The translations under genes were made by a program, and so were the position numbers. DNA of 64,000 nucleotides from an uncultured delta proteobacterium (GTDB lineage: Bacteria > Myxococcota_A > Polyangia > Polyangiales > Polyangiaceae): contig CAWJCS010000003.1 in the NCBI GenBank assembly GCA_963841435.1, forward strand, positions 224,001 through 288,000, written 5' to 3'. Position 1 is the stretch's first letter; each line of letters starts with the position of its first letter. Positions 43,561 through 53,139 of the stretch are shown one piece after another. A model generated the notes under the pieces. The model was not told the DNA's origin. It saw only the letters and a list, made by a program, of their open reading frames with translations, and did not search any database.

Positions 43561-43954
43561 GGGCGCCCTCGCGAAGCAGCTCGTGCTGAAGCCGGCGCAA
43601 CGCCCGGGTGTCCTCGAATCTACGAACCGCGGCCGTCTCGAAATCGAAGCGCACCAGCGGATCGCGCTGAAGGAGCAAAACCCCATCGCGCAAGACCTCG
43701 GCGGCCAGCACCGGCGGCGCCGCCCGCAGATCGACCACATCGACCGTTCGCCGAAAGGAGGTCGCGCGACCTAGGCGCTCAATCAACCGGCTCCGTTCCT
43801 CGATGTCAAGCTCGTGCGTTGCCAGAATCGCCACGTCCACATCCGACTCGCCCGAATCGTCCCCTCTCCCCACCGAGCCGAAAACGTACGCGAGCAACAC
43901 GTCCTCGTGGCTCTCGAGGGCCGAGCGGAGCGCATCGAGGGTTTCGTGGGCCAC
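43547..43954 (-). CDS. mntA: MntA minimal nucleotidyltransferase antitoxin
   Basis: FGS-X10-DVD motif, VDVVDL. Confidence 0.88.
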   Translation of the reverse strand: MAHETLDALRSALESHEDVLLAYVFGSVGRGDDSGESDVDVAILATHELDIEERSRLIERLGRATSFRRTVDVVDLRAAPPVLAAEVLRDGVLLLQRDPLVRFDFETAAVRRFEDTRALRRLQHELLREGARGSA

Positions 43955-44118
43955 TTGACACGATACTATCTCCTCACCCTCCACGGTGCCAGCACCAGCC
44001 GTTCGGCGAAGCGGGCACGAGCTCCGGAAACGACTGGGGACGGGGCCGGTCGAACCGCTACGGCGCGTGCGCCTCCGTCTCGCTCGCCGGAGACACGGGG
44101 ACCGTTTGTGTTTGTGGC

Positions 44119-44265
44119 CACAACCTCCTCTTCATCGGCCCGCCCGGCAGCGGCAAAACCCTGCTCGCGCGCCTGCTGCCCGGCATCTTGCCGCCACTCG
44201 AGTTCGACGAGGCCGTCGAATGCACGTCCATCCACAGCGTGGCGGGGCTCTTGCCGCCCGAGCAG
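44119..44265 (+). repeat. 147-bp copy of the comM Walker-A region (32959..33105), probable att junction remnant
   Basis: 4 synonymous differences in the first 11 codons, then identical. Confidence 0.9.
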
Positions 44266-44289
44266 TCCGCGCTGCTTTCGCTCGCGATT

Positions 44290-45250
44290 CCCCGCGTCGT
44301 AACGGCCCTCCGAAGCTCAAGCTCGTGACGACGGAAAGCGATCTCTTGCCGCTGCTTCAGTTCGGCGAGGCGGTCGCAGTCTTGATGCCTGCACGTTGGG
44401 TCGGCGTGCTGCGGAAGAAGAGTAACCTGGACCTGAAGGTCACCGACCTCGCGAACACCGTGGAGCTCTGGAGCTCGTCCGAGTCGGTTCGCGCGTTGCT
44501 CGAGCCAAAAATCAAAGCCTGGAGGCCGGAGCTCGACGCCAGGCTCGGAGTAGATGCATGGAAGTGACGAGGAGACTCGCTCTTGTCGTTGCGCTGGCCG
44601 GAACCCTGGGGTTCTTCGGGCCTGCGGGCTGTTACAAGGAGCCCGGTGGAGCTCGCAGGACCGCACCGGCCGCGGTCAGCGACCCTCCGCCGGCGCCGGA
44701 TCGCCAGACGATGCGATCCTGATGCCGTCTTCGTCCACCGGATCGGGTGGTTTACCGAAAGGTCTTCGCCAACGTCGTGAAGTGGCAGACCCGACTGGCG
44801 GCCGTCGAGAAGCTCAGCATCGTCGGGGCCGAGGTCGGCGACAAGCCCTCGCTGAACTCGATCGACGACGCGCTCTATTTTCTCATCCACGAGCAGAAGG
44901 TCGATGCGCTGTGGGTGCTCAACGACAACTCGCTGCTCGGACAAGACGCGCTCAGCACCGTCTGGCTCCCGCGACTGCGGGACGAGCCCGTCCCCGTCGT
45001 GGTGGGAGTCGCGGCGCTCGTCCACCCGGAGGTGCACTTCGGAACCCTGGCGATGCTTCCCTACAATGACCGGTTGGGCTCGCAGGCGGCCGACATGATT
45101 TTCCAGCTGAAAGACAACCACTGGAAGATCGAGGATCCCGGCGTCGAGCTACCGCTGAGCGTCCGGACCGTGGTCAACGTTGCACAGTTACGCCACGACT
45201 TCGGCTTGCAGCCGCGCGCGCTCAAGAAGATCGACGAAGTGGTCGATTAG
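44290..45250 (+). pseudogene. Fragments of two adjacent genes; the second is ABC-type substrate-binding-like with an internal lesion
   Basis: VDALWVLND, LGSQAADM; signal peptide at 44564 is out of frame with the body. Confidence 0.5.
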
Positions 45251-45326
45251 GGACTGCTTCGAGGCCGACGAGCCGTCGGCCCAGCCGGGCGGCAGCGCCA
45301 GCGCCCTCCGTGCGGATCGGAGCACT

Positions 45327-46694
45327 CTAAAGAGAGACCGTCTGTCCCGTGCTCGCGGCTTCTTGGATCGCAGAAATGATGCGAACGCCCTGCAGACCTG
45401 CTTCGCCCGGTACGAGCACGGCGCGCCGCTCGATGATGGCGAGGGCATCTTCGTCCATCTGTTTGGCCTGCTGATTGGCGACCATCTGATTCAGCTGGGT
45501 CCCGTCGCTCGTTTGACCGCGAGTCCCGCTGGAGACGTACATCGGCGCCAGGCGGTAGCTGCCGGATTCGCAGGTCACGTCGAGCGAGTCGATGTATTCG
45601 CCGAAAGTCGTGCGACAGTGGGCGATGACTCCCGACGGAAACTCGAGCTCGAATTCGGTCCACTCATCCACCTCCGTGAAGACCTCGGGACGGTCGGTCC
45701 ACTGGCGGGCGTTTCTCACGCGGATCGGTTCTTCGCCCGTGGCGTAGCGGGCGGCGTTGATGGCGTAGAGGCCCATGTCGTAGAGGGCACCTCCTCCCAT
45801 CGCTCGCTTCAATCTAAAGGCAGTCGCATCGTCGGCGTTACCGAAGCCCCGAAAGCCCGCGTCCGCGACAACGTCCAGGATGGCTCCGAACGGCTTCGAC
45901 GACGCGTACCCCATGACGGTTTGCGAGTTGGGATCGTGGTCCAGGCGGTATCCGATGCAGAGCTCGACGCCGTTTTCGCGGCACGCGTCGATGATCGCCT
46001 GGCATTCTGGGGCGTCGAGCGCCATCGGTTTCTCGCACCAGACGTGCTTTTTCGCGCGCGCCGCCGCGATCGCATACTGCATGTGCACGTGATTGGGTGT
46101 CACGATGTAGACGACGTGGATGTTCGGGTTGTCGATGAGTCCCGCCATCGTATCGTAGCTGTAGACGTTGGCGCTCTCGATCCCATACTGGTCTTGCCAC
46201 ATCGGCACCTTGGACGGGGTTCCCGTCACGATGCCTCTCAGCTTGCAATGCTCGGTCAATTGCAAGGCAGGTGCGAGGTGGGTGCTCGCGTAGGTGCCGA
46301 GCCCCAGCAGGGCGACGCCGAGTGGAGAGGTGAGCGGCGGATTTCCGCTGCCGGCCTGACCGCCCGAGGCCCCGCCGCCACCCGTTCCTGCGCTGCCACC
46401 CGTTCCTGCGCTGCCACCCGTTCCTGCGCTGCCACCCGTTCCTGCGCTGCCACCCGTTCCTGCGCTGCCACCCGTTCCTGCGCTGCCACCCGTTCCTGCG
46501 CTGCCACCCGTTCCTGCGCTGCCACCCGTTCCTGCGCTGCCACCCGTTCCTGCGCTGCCACCCGTTCCCGCGCCCGCTGTTGCACCTGAACCTTCTGTCG
46601 TCGGCGCGTCTTCGGTCTGACAGGCGCCCGTCGCCGCCGCGGCCGCGGCCGCAATCGCTTGAAGGAACTCTCTGCGGTCCGTTCGCCGGCTCAT
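45327..46694 (-). CDS. Gfo/Idh/MocA oxidoreductase (glucose-fructose oxidoreductase-like), Tat-lipoprotein
   Basis: DRREFL Tat motif, TGAC lipobox, GLGTYA, CEKPMA, GGGALYDMG. Confidence 0.88.
   Translation of the reverse strand: MSRRTDRREFLQAIAAAAAAATGACQTEDAPTTEGSGATAGAGTGGSAGTGGSAGTGGSAGTGGSAGTGGSAGTGGSAGTGGSAGTGGSAGTGGSAGTGGSAGTGGGGASGGQAGSGNPPLTSPLGVALLGLGTYASTHLAPALQLTEHCKLRGIVTGTPSKVPMWQDQYGIESANVYSYDTMAGLIDNPNIHVVYIVTPNHVHMQYAIAAARAKKHVWCEKPMALDAPECQAIIDACRENGVELCIGYRLDHDPNSQTVMGYASSKPFGAILDVVADAGFRGFGNADDATAFRLKRAMGGGALYDMGLYAINAARYATGEEPIRVRNARQWTDRPEVFTEVDEWTEFELEFPSGVIAHCRTTFGEYIDSLDVTCESGSYRLAPMYVSSGTRGQTSDGTQLNQMVANQQAKQMDEDALAIIERRAVLVPGEAGLQGVRIISAIQEAASTGQTVSL
46377..46568. 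repeat. Perfect 18-bp tandem repeat, ~10.7 copies (encodes GTGGSA)
   Basis: Unit GCCACCCGTTCCTGCGCT. Confidence 0.97.
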
Positions 46695-47376
46695 GGTCGA
46701 TATACTAGCACTGCTGCAGGCGGCAGAGGTGTCCGCTCGGGCGCCGCTACGCCGCTCGCCCTACCGGCTCGACTCGGGGCGCTGGCTCGAGCTTGGCGTG
46801 TACGGAGATGAGCGCGAAGCTCGCGTCGAGCATGATGATTCCCGATTCTGAACATTTTCGAGCTGGGTAAAATCGGTTTCCCCTCGCCTCCCTCCTCCGT
46901 CCCTCCCCGACCCTGTCCCGGTAGGGACGGCTCTTTCGGGCCGCCCCCCGGACAGAACCCGGCGAACGGATTTCCCGTACCGGGCTCCCACCTTGGGTCA
47001 ACGGAGAGCGAAGCGAGAACTGGGCCAGGGACGGAGAATACGGGGAGACGGAAGCGGGAAGCGCTGCTCGAAGGCCCGCCAGCGCGCGCGAGCGGGGCCG
47101 ACGCGGGGCTGGAGCTTCTCGCCGATCCGAGCGGTCCGGACGTCGCACGCGCTCGCGCACAAGGAGAGACGATGATTCGTAGCTGCGATAGCTCGCTCGG
47201 CGTGGACGTCACTCGGCGGCGCGGCTCTCGCCGAGGCCGAACTCGACCTGGATGGTCTGCGCCGAGCCCGTGGGCGCGCGGCTGGGCATGCGCGCGAGCG
47301 TGCCGTGCTCGCGCCACCACGCCTCAGCCTGGCTGGCGTCCCAGGGCTCCGCGGGGACCTGCGCCAGGCGGGCCGC

Positions 47377-47449
47377 CTCCCTGCCCTCCACCTCATGCGC
47401 ACTCTCCCGCTCCCTTCCCTCCCTTATCCCAGTTGCTTTCCTTGGCCGC
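47377..47449 (+). repeat. Dispersed repeat copy C (5'-truncated)
   Basis: Near-identical to the 3' two-thirds of copies D/E. Confidence 0.92.
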
Positions 47450-47594
47450 GTGACGCAAGCGTCGGGGGTTTCACGGCGGCTGCAGGTACGTCGCCGCTCG
47501 TCCGCAGCTCCTCGAGCACGCGCCTTCTCGCGGCCGTCCGGTCACGGGGTGCGCATTTTCCAAATCAGAAACCGCCGCTCGCCGCATCGGGGGC

Positions 47595-48410
47595 ATGCGA
47601 CCCCTTCAGAAAAGCTTGCGATGGGTGTGTCTGCTCGGCGGCGCTAGCGCGCTCCTAGCGGGTTGCGGAAACAGCAGCGTTCCGGCTCCGGAGCCGAATC
47701 TCGGTAGCGAGCTTCCCCGCTACCAGGACCCTCGCTGCGACCGCTATGGCCAGATCGAGCTCATCGGCCAATACACGGTGCAAAACAACGTGTGGAACGA
47801 CGAGGCGGCGCTGCAGGAGCAGTGCGTGACCGCCTTGTGGGACGGCAGCAGCTCGGTCGCGGGCCTGATCGTGGATCCGGTCGATGTTTCGACCGAGGAA
47901 CTTCCCGCGTCGTATCCCAGCATCGTGTACGGCTGGCATTTCGGAAGCTTTTACGGGCCCTACCGTGAAGCGCGCCTGGTGACGGATGTCGCCGCGATCC
48001 CGACAACGTGGCGCTTCACGGTTCCGGGCGACGCTCGGTACGACGCGGCCTACGACCTCTGGTTCCATCCCGAGCCCGCGCCACCCGACGCCCAGGGGAG
48101 TCTCGAGATGATGATCTGGGTGGCCAGCCGAGACGCGACCCCCGTCGGGGAGCTGGTCAACCTGATCGACCTCGGCCAAGCGAGCTTCGAGGTCTGGTGG
48201 GGGCAAAACGCTGGATTTTCGACTCTGACCTACCGACGAACCGGCAGCGTCAGCGAAGTGACGATGGATCTCGTCCCCTTCCTTGCCGACGCCATCGGGC
48301 GCGGGGTGCTGATGTCGGACTGGTATCTGCTGAGCGTGGAATCGGGTTTCGAGCTTTGGCGCGCCACGAGCGCGGTCACGACCCATGCTTACGAGGTTCG
48401 CGTAGAGTAG
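47595..48410 (+). CDS. GH12 endoglucanase lipoprotein
   Basis: LAGC lipobox; NNVWN, YPSIVYG, YDAAYDLWF, EMMIW (nucleophile), SGFELW (acid/base). Confidence 0.9.
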   Translation: MRPLQKSLRWVCLLGGASALLAGCGNSSVPAPEPNLGSELPRYQDPRCDRYGQIELIGQYTVQNNVWNDEAALQEQCVTALWDGSSSVAGLIVDPVDVSTEELPASYPSIVYGWHFGSFYGPYREARLVTDVAAIPTTWRFTVPGDARYDAAYDLWFHPEPAPPDAQGSLEMMIWVASRDATPVGELVNLIDLGQASFEVWWGQNAGFSTLTYRRTGSVSEVTMDLVPFLADAIGRGVLMSDWYLLSVESGFELWRATSAVTTHAYEVRVE

Positions 48411-48416
48411 CGCCGC

Positions 48417-49441
48417 ATGAGCGGGCCGAGCCCTAGCGATCACAGGATCCGCAGAGCGTTCGATGCGCACTCCGAGCGAATGTTGCGCATCCTTTCGCGC
48501 ACGGGGCTGGGCAACGAGGACGCGGAGGACGTCGTCCAGGACGCCTTCTGCGTGTTCTCCCGACGGCTGGGCGACGTGCCCGAGCATGCGGAGCGAGCGT
48601 TCCTCGTGGAGACCGCTTTGCGGCTTGGCTCTGCGCTCAAGCGCTCGACGTGGCACCGCCGCGTGTCCGAACTGCCCGTTTTGGATCACTGCGGGCTCCC
48701 CGCGCCGCTCGTCGAGGAACAACTCGATGCGCGCAGCGCTCACGCGTTGCTCGAGGGTCCGCTCTTGGGACAGCCGGAAGAGGAGCGGTTGGTCCTGATT
48801 CTGGGCGAGCTCGAAGAGATGACCCGCTCGGAGATTGCGCGCGTGCTGTCGCTACCGGAGGGCACGGTCGCGACCCGCCTCGCGCGTTCGAGCGGGCGCT
48901 CCTCCGCCAGAAGCGCAGAGCGACGCCCCTGCCGTCGCCGCATTCGCGCACGCCGGAGAACGCCTGGGAGATGCGCGCGGTGGGCAAGCAGCGCTACGAG
49001 AACAACTCGTACGGGGCTGAGCGAGCCCGCGGTCACTTCGAGCAACGCCTCGTCACGCGTCGAAAGGAGGGAGTTGTGGAGACCGGTTGGACCTGGCGCT
49101 GGCCGAGTCTCAATGCCGAACCGTTCGCGTTCCCCGAAGTCGTGGTCGGGTGGAAGCCGTGGATCGGCGGCACCTCGACCGATCCCGAATTTCCGCTCTG
49201 CATCGACCGCGCACGGCGGCTCCTGTTGCACTACGACGCCGACACCGTCGCGTTCGGCAGCTACAACCTTTCCTCGGACCTGTGGCTCCTCGACACCGCG
49301 CCGTCCGCGATGAAGGCAAATCCCCACCTCATTGTCAGCGAAGTGATGGTGATTCTCGATCACCGCCCCGGGGCGCCACCACCGGGCGTACTCCTCGGAC
49401 GAGTCACGATCGATGGCGAGCCCTACGAGCTCTGGCCCTGA
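48417..49441 (+). CDS. ECF sigma factor continuing, via a frameshift at ~48885, into a truncated GH12-like domain
   Basis: DAEDVVQDAF, EIARVLSLPEGTVATRL; adjacent frame AFERALL...YENNSYG...FPEVVVGWKPW...YNLSSDLWL...SEVMVIL...VTIDGEPYELW. Confidence 0.75.
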
Positions 49442-49633
49442 CGGATCAGCGTGGTCTGCACGACCACGAGAGCAAACCAGCCCGTCATCAGCGCGCCGTG
49501 CAGGTAGAGGACCGGCGAGATCGGCGAAACGTCGAACACTGCACGCAGGTAGAGCGTGGGGCCAAAACCCAAAAGAACGATCGCAAGAGTACCGTCGCGC
49601 TATTTTTGTGGCATCACGAGACGTGTGCGTCAT
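49432..49633 (-). pseudogene. 5' fragment of a membrane protein gene
   Basis: LYLHGALMTGWFALVVVQTTLIRQG on the minus strand, abutting the GH12-like break. Confidence 0.55.
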
Positions 49634-49700
49634 GCCTTGCCGCCCAAACGTAACGACGCGGGTGGCGCAATACGCTAAGACTCGGGTACGTTCTGCCAAC

Positions 49701-50870
49701 ATGCCCCGGTTTTCCACCGTCTCGGTTCTCTCGGCTGTCAGTTTGGCGAGCATCACGCTGTTCGCGTGCGGCAACAAAGACACCGGCGACTCGGGCTCGA
49801 ATAGCGGCGGCGCGAGCGGCGGCTCGACGAGCGCTGGCGTGGGCGGCACTGCCACGGGCGGAAAGGAAACCGGCGCCGGCGGCACGAGCGCGGGAGCGGG
49901 GGCACTCGCTGGCATGTCGGGAGCGAGCACCAGCGGCGGAGCCAGTTCTGGGGGCTCGGCAGGTGTTGGCGGCTCCACCGCGGGCGACACGAACAGCGGG
50001 GGTTCGGCGGGCTCAGCGGGTTCGGCAGGTTCGGCAGGTTCGGCAGGTTCGGCAGGTTCGGCAGGTTCGGCAGGTTCGGCAGGTTCGGCAGGTTCGGCGG
50101 GTTCGGCGGGCTCAGCGGGTTCGGCGGGTTCGGCAGGTTCGGCGGGTTCGGCAGGTTCGGCGGGTTCGGGCGGCGCCTCCGACTGCGGCGCGGCACTCGT
50201 GTGCGACGACTTCGAGTCCTACACGGGCACGCCGGGTATGCCCTGGACGGTGCAGAAAAACGGGTCGGGCAACGTCGTGATCGACACCAGCAAGCACGTG
50301 AGCGGCAATAACTCCGTAAAGTTCACGACGACCGGTTCGGGCACGTACCAGCGGGCATACATGGCCATCGACCAGATTTTCCCGGTCATGAACAACGCCT
50401 TCTATGGGCGCTTGATGATCTACACCACGAAGGCTCCGAACAGCGGTGTGCACTGGACCAACATTCAAGCCGAAGGTACTGCCACAATGGGCATTACGAA
50501 GGCCGACGTGCGTTACGGAGGTCAGCAGCAACAGCGATTGATGGCAAGCTACGACACCACGGGCAAGGCCAGCGACTGTTGGGTACATTCCAATACGAAA
50601 ATGCCCGAAGGAAAATGGGCGTGCATGGAGTGGCATTTCGACGGCGCCGCGAACACCCAAAAATTCTGGCTCGACGGCGTCGCGATCGATGATCTCACCG
50701 TCACCGGTCAAGGCCAAGGCTGCCTCGACCACGATCTCAACGACATGTGGATCTATCCCACCTTCGAGCGACTATACCTCGGGTTCGAAAGCTACCAGAC
50801 CGACGATCCGCGAGAAGTGTGGATTGACAACGTCGCAATCGGGAACAGCAAGCTCGGCTGTCCGAATTGA
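49701..50870 (+). CDS. Lipoprotein with Gly/Ser linker and Cip1/polysaccharide-lyase-like jelly-roll domain
   Basis: LFAC lipobox; CDDFE, YGRLMIY, WACMEW, LGFESY, WIDNVAI. Confidence 0.65.
   Translation: MPRFSTVSVLSAVSLASITLFACGNKDTGDSGSNSGGASGGSTSAGVGGTATGGKETGAGGTSAGAGALAGMSGASTSGGASSGGSAGVGGSTAGDTNSGGSAGSAGSAGSAGSAGSAGSAGSAGSAGSAGSAGSAGSAGSAGSAGSAGSAGSAGSGGASDCGAALVCDDFESYTGTPGMPWTVQKNGSGNVVIDTSKHVSGNNSVKFTTTGSGTYQRAYMAIDQIFPVMNNAFYGRLMIYTTKAPNSGVHWTNIQAEGTATMGITKADVRYGGQQQQRLMASYDTTGKASDCWVHSNTKMPEGKWACMEWHFDGAANTQKFWLDGVAIDDLTVTGQGQGCLDHDLNDMWIYPTFERLYLGFESYQTDDPREVWIDNVAIGNSKLGCPN
50001..50168. repeat. 9-bp tandem repeat, ~18-19 copies (encodes GSA)
   Basis: Unit GGTTCGGC(A/G). Confidence 0.95.
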
Positions 50871-51292
50871 GGCGGAGCCGAACCCGCATGCGAGTTTGAG
50901 CGTGTCCAAGGAGAGAGGCTAGTTACTGGATGCCGTGTTCCCGTAGCCTGCGGTAAAACGTGCGCCGCGGGATGCCGCTCAGCTCGGCGGCCTTCACCCG
51001 GTTCCAGTTGCAGCTGGGGATCGTCGGGGTCGCAAGCTCGTCGCCTGGTTGAGCTTCCTCGCAAGCGAGGGCGAGGCTCACGCTCGGTGCAGACGTGCCG
51101 AATCCGATCGATTGCCTCGCCGTTCTTCAACACAAACACTCTCACTGCAGCTTTATGTTGAATACGAATTCGTGTCCGACAACGTCCGCGATGCTGCGAA
51201 ATTAACGGTATCCGTTCGCGCACGTTTCTCTTCAACGCTGTGCTGCGTGGCAAGCCCGTGCTAGAGAACGCCATGCCTCGGGAGGTTTGTTC

Positions 51293-52666
51293 ATGACGCG
51301 CTCTTGTTCGATTCCCCACCTTGTCTTTTGGTCCGCTCTAGCAGGGCTGTCGTTCGGATGTAGTTCATCCGATGGTCCCGGGCAGGGCACGGGCGGTACC
51401 GGTCAGGCGGCCACCGGAGGCACGTCCGGCTCGGCCACGGGCGGAGCCTCTGGGTTGACGAGCACCGGCGGAAGCTCCGGCACGACGGCGTCGGGCGGCA
51501 GCAGCATGAGCGGTTCGGGCGGAACTAACGCAGGCACCGGGGGCAGCGGTGGAACAGCCGCGGGCTCTGGCGGCATGGCGGGCTCGAGCGCCGGCGGCGC
51601 CTCAGCCGGCACGGCGGGCTCGAGTGCCGGCGGCGCCTCGGCCGGCATGGCGGGCTCGAGTGCCGGCGGCGCCTCGGCCGGCATGGCGGGCTCGAGTGCC
51701 GGCGGCGCCTCGGCCGGCATGGCGGGCTCGAGTGCCGGTGGTGCCTCAGCCGGCATGGCGGGTTCCGACGCGGGTAGCGCTGGGACGGCCACGGGCGGCA
51801 GCGCCGGCTCAGGCTCCTCGGGTATGTCCTCGGGCTGCGGCAAGATGCCGACCATTGCGAGCGGCATGTACAACAACGGCTCGACCATCTCGATCACAGC
51901 CGCGAACATCCAGCGCCGGTACATCCTCAACGTGCCGACGAACTACGACAACACCAAACCGTACAAGCTCATCATCGCGTTCCATCAGCTCGATGGAAAC
52001 GATGCGCAGATGTACGCGCACAAGTACTATCACCTGCTCGACCTGGCGAACAACAGCGCGATCTTCGTGGCCCCGAACGGGCAGAAGAACGGCTCGCCCT
52101 GTACTTCGACGGATCCCAACCGAGACAGCGGATGCGGCTGGCCGAACCCCCAGGGTCAGGACGTAGCGCTCGCCGACGCCGTCGTGGCCCAAATCGAAGA
52201 AAACTTCTGCGTCAACACGAATCGGATCTTCGCGACGGGTTGGAGCTACGGCGGCAGCATGTCCTACAAGACCGCTTGCGAACGCGGCCTCGGCGGGACG
52301 AAGGACGGCGTTCCAGGTTACCTCCGCGCCATCGCCGTCTATTCGGGCTCTCAGCTCAGCGGCAATTGCACTCCCACGACGCCCGTCGCCTACTTCGCCT
52401 CCCACGGAACCCACGATGGCGTGCTCAACTACAGTAACGGCGTGGGCCTGGCGCAGAACTTCGCCAAGGCCAACGGCTGCAACTGGATGACGCCGACAGC
52501 GGTCAATAGTGGCGCTCACGTCTGCACCGACGAGATGGGCTGCATGATGGACTACCCGGTGAGGTTCTGCTCCTTCAACGGTGATCACACCCCCGATCCG
52601 GACAATGGCCAGGGCGGCAACAGTTGGGTCTACCAAGAGGTCTGGGACTTCTTCAGCAAGTTCTGA
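51293..52666 (+). CDS. Lipoprotein with linker and CE1-like (feruloyl esterase/PHB-depolymerase fold) esterase
   Basis: SFGC lipobox; FVAPNG, RIFATGWSYGG, HGTHD, FNGDH. Confidence 0.8.
   Translation: MTRSCSIPHLVFWSALAGLSFGCSSSDGPGQGTGGTGQAATGGTSGSATGGASGLTSTGGSSGTTASGGSSMSGSGGTNAGTGGSGGTAAGSGGMAGSSAGGASAGTAGSSAGGASAGMAGSSAGGASAGMAGSSAGGASAGMAGSSAGGASAGMAGSDAGSAGTATGGSAGSGSSGMSSGCGKMPTIASGMYNNGSTISITAANIQRRYILNVPTNYDNTKPYKLIIAFHQLDGNDAQMYAHKYYHLLDLANNSAIFVAPNGQKNGSPCTSTDPNRDSGCGWPNPQGQDVALADAVVAQIEENFCVNTNRIFATGWSYGGSMSYKTACERGLGGTKDGVPGYLRAIAVYSGSQLSGNCTPTTPVAYFASHGTHDGVLNYSNGVGLAQNFAKANGCNWMTPTAVNSGAHVCTDEMGCMMDYPVRFCSFNGDHTPDPDNGQGGNSWVYQEVWDFFSKF
51572..51762. repeat. 36-bp tandem repeat, ~5 copies (GMAGSSAGGASA)
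   Basis: Directly visible in the sequence. Confidence 0.9.
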
Positions 52667-53099
52667 AACGTCCCAGGTCGACCGCTCCCGAGGCTTCGTC
52701 CCGCGCGCTGTTGATTTCGGGTGGCGGTCCCCGTTCACAACGTGGTTGCCTCGGCCAGCGATGCCGAGGAAAGCCGGGGAGCATGCGCGGGTCCTGGAAC
52801 AGATACGACACGGCGAAAAGCGGCGTCGCCGCGAGGCACGACAGCACGAGCGTCCGCTTCGCCGACGACGGAATCAGTACGGCGCGCGCCATCATCGTGA
52901 CGGCGAGCGCGAACATCCCCGCCATCAGCTGCATCTCGTCGGGCTGCGCCGCCATCGCGGCGAGAGCGCTGCCGGCGAGCACCAGACTTCCCGCATCGAG
53001 CACGCCGAGCAGACGACGACCGCGACGAGCGGCGACCAGTGCGTGCCAACCATGATAGCCAACAGCGTGGCAATCATCAGACCGATGAGCCCTTTCCAA
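52653..53099 (-). pseudogene. Fragment of a membrane domain resembling myxobacterial kinase N-termini
   Basis: Hydrophobic helices with RAVLIPSSAKRT; truncated. Confidence 0.4.
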
Positions 53100-53121
53100 T
53101 GCGTTGCCATATCGAACAGTG

Positions 53122-53139
53122 ACGCAACGGACGTGCCAA
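53122..53139 (-). promoter_or_regulatory. Sigma-54 (-24/-12) promoter
   Basis: TTGGCACGTCCGTTGCG on the minus strand, exact GG-N10-GC spacing. Confidence 0.6.

Noticed and set aside
46377-46568. CRISPR array
   Set aside because: Head-to-tail repeats with no spacers, in frame inside a CDS; no cas genes. The same applies to the repeats at 50.0, 51.6 and 63.4 kb.
51248-51262. Sigma-54 promoter upstream of the esterase
   Set aside because: TGGCAAGCCCGTGCT has GG-N9-GC spacing rather than the required N10.
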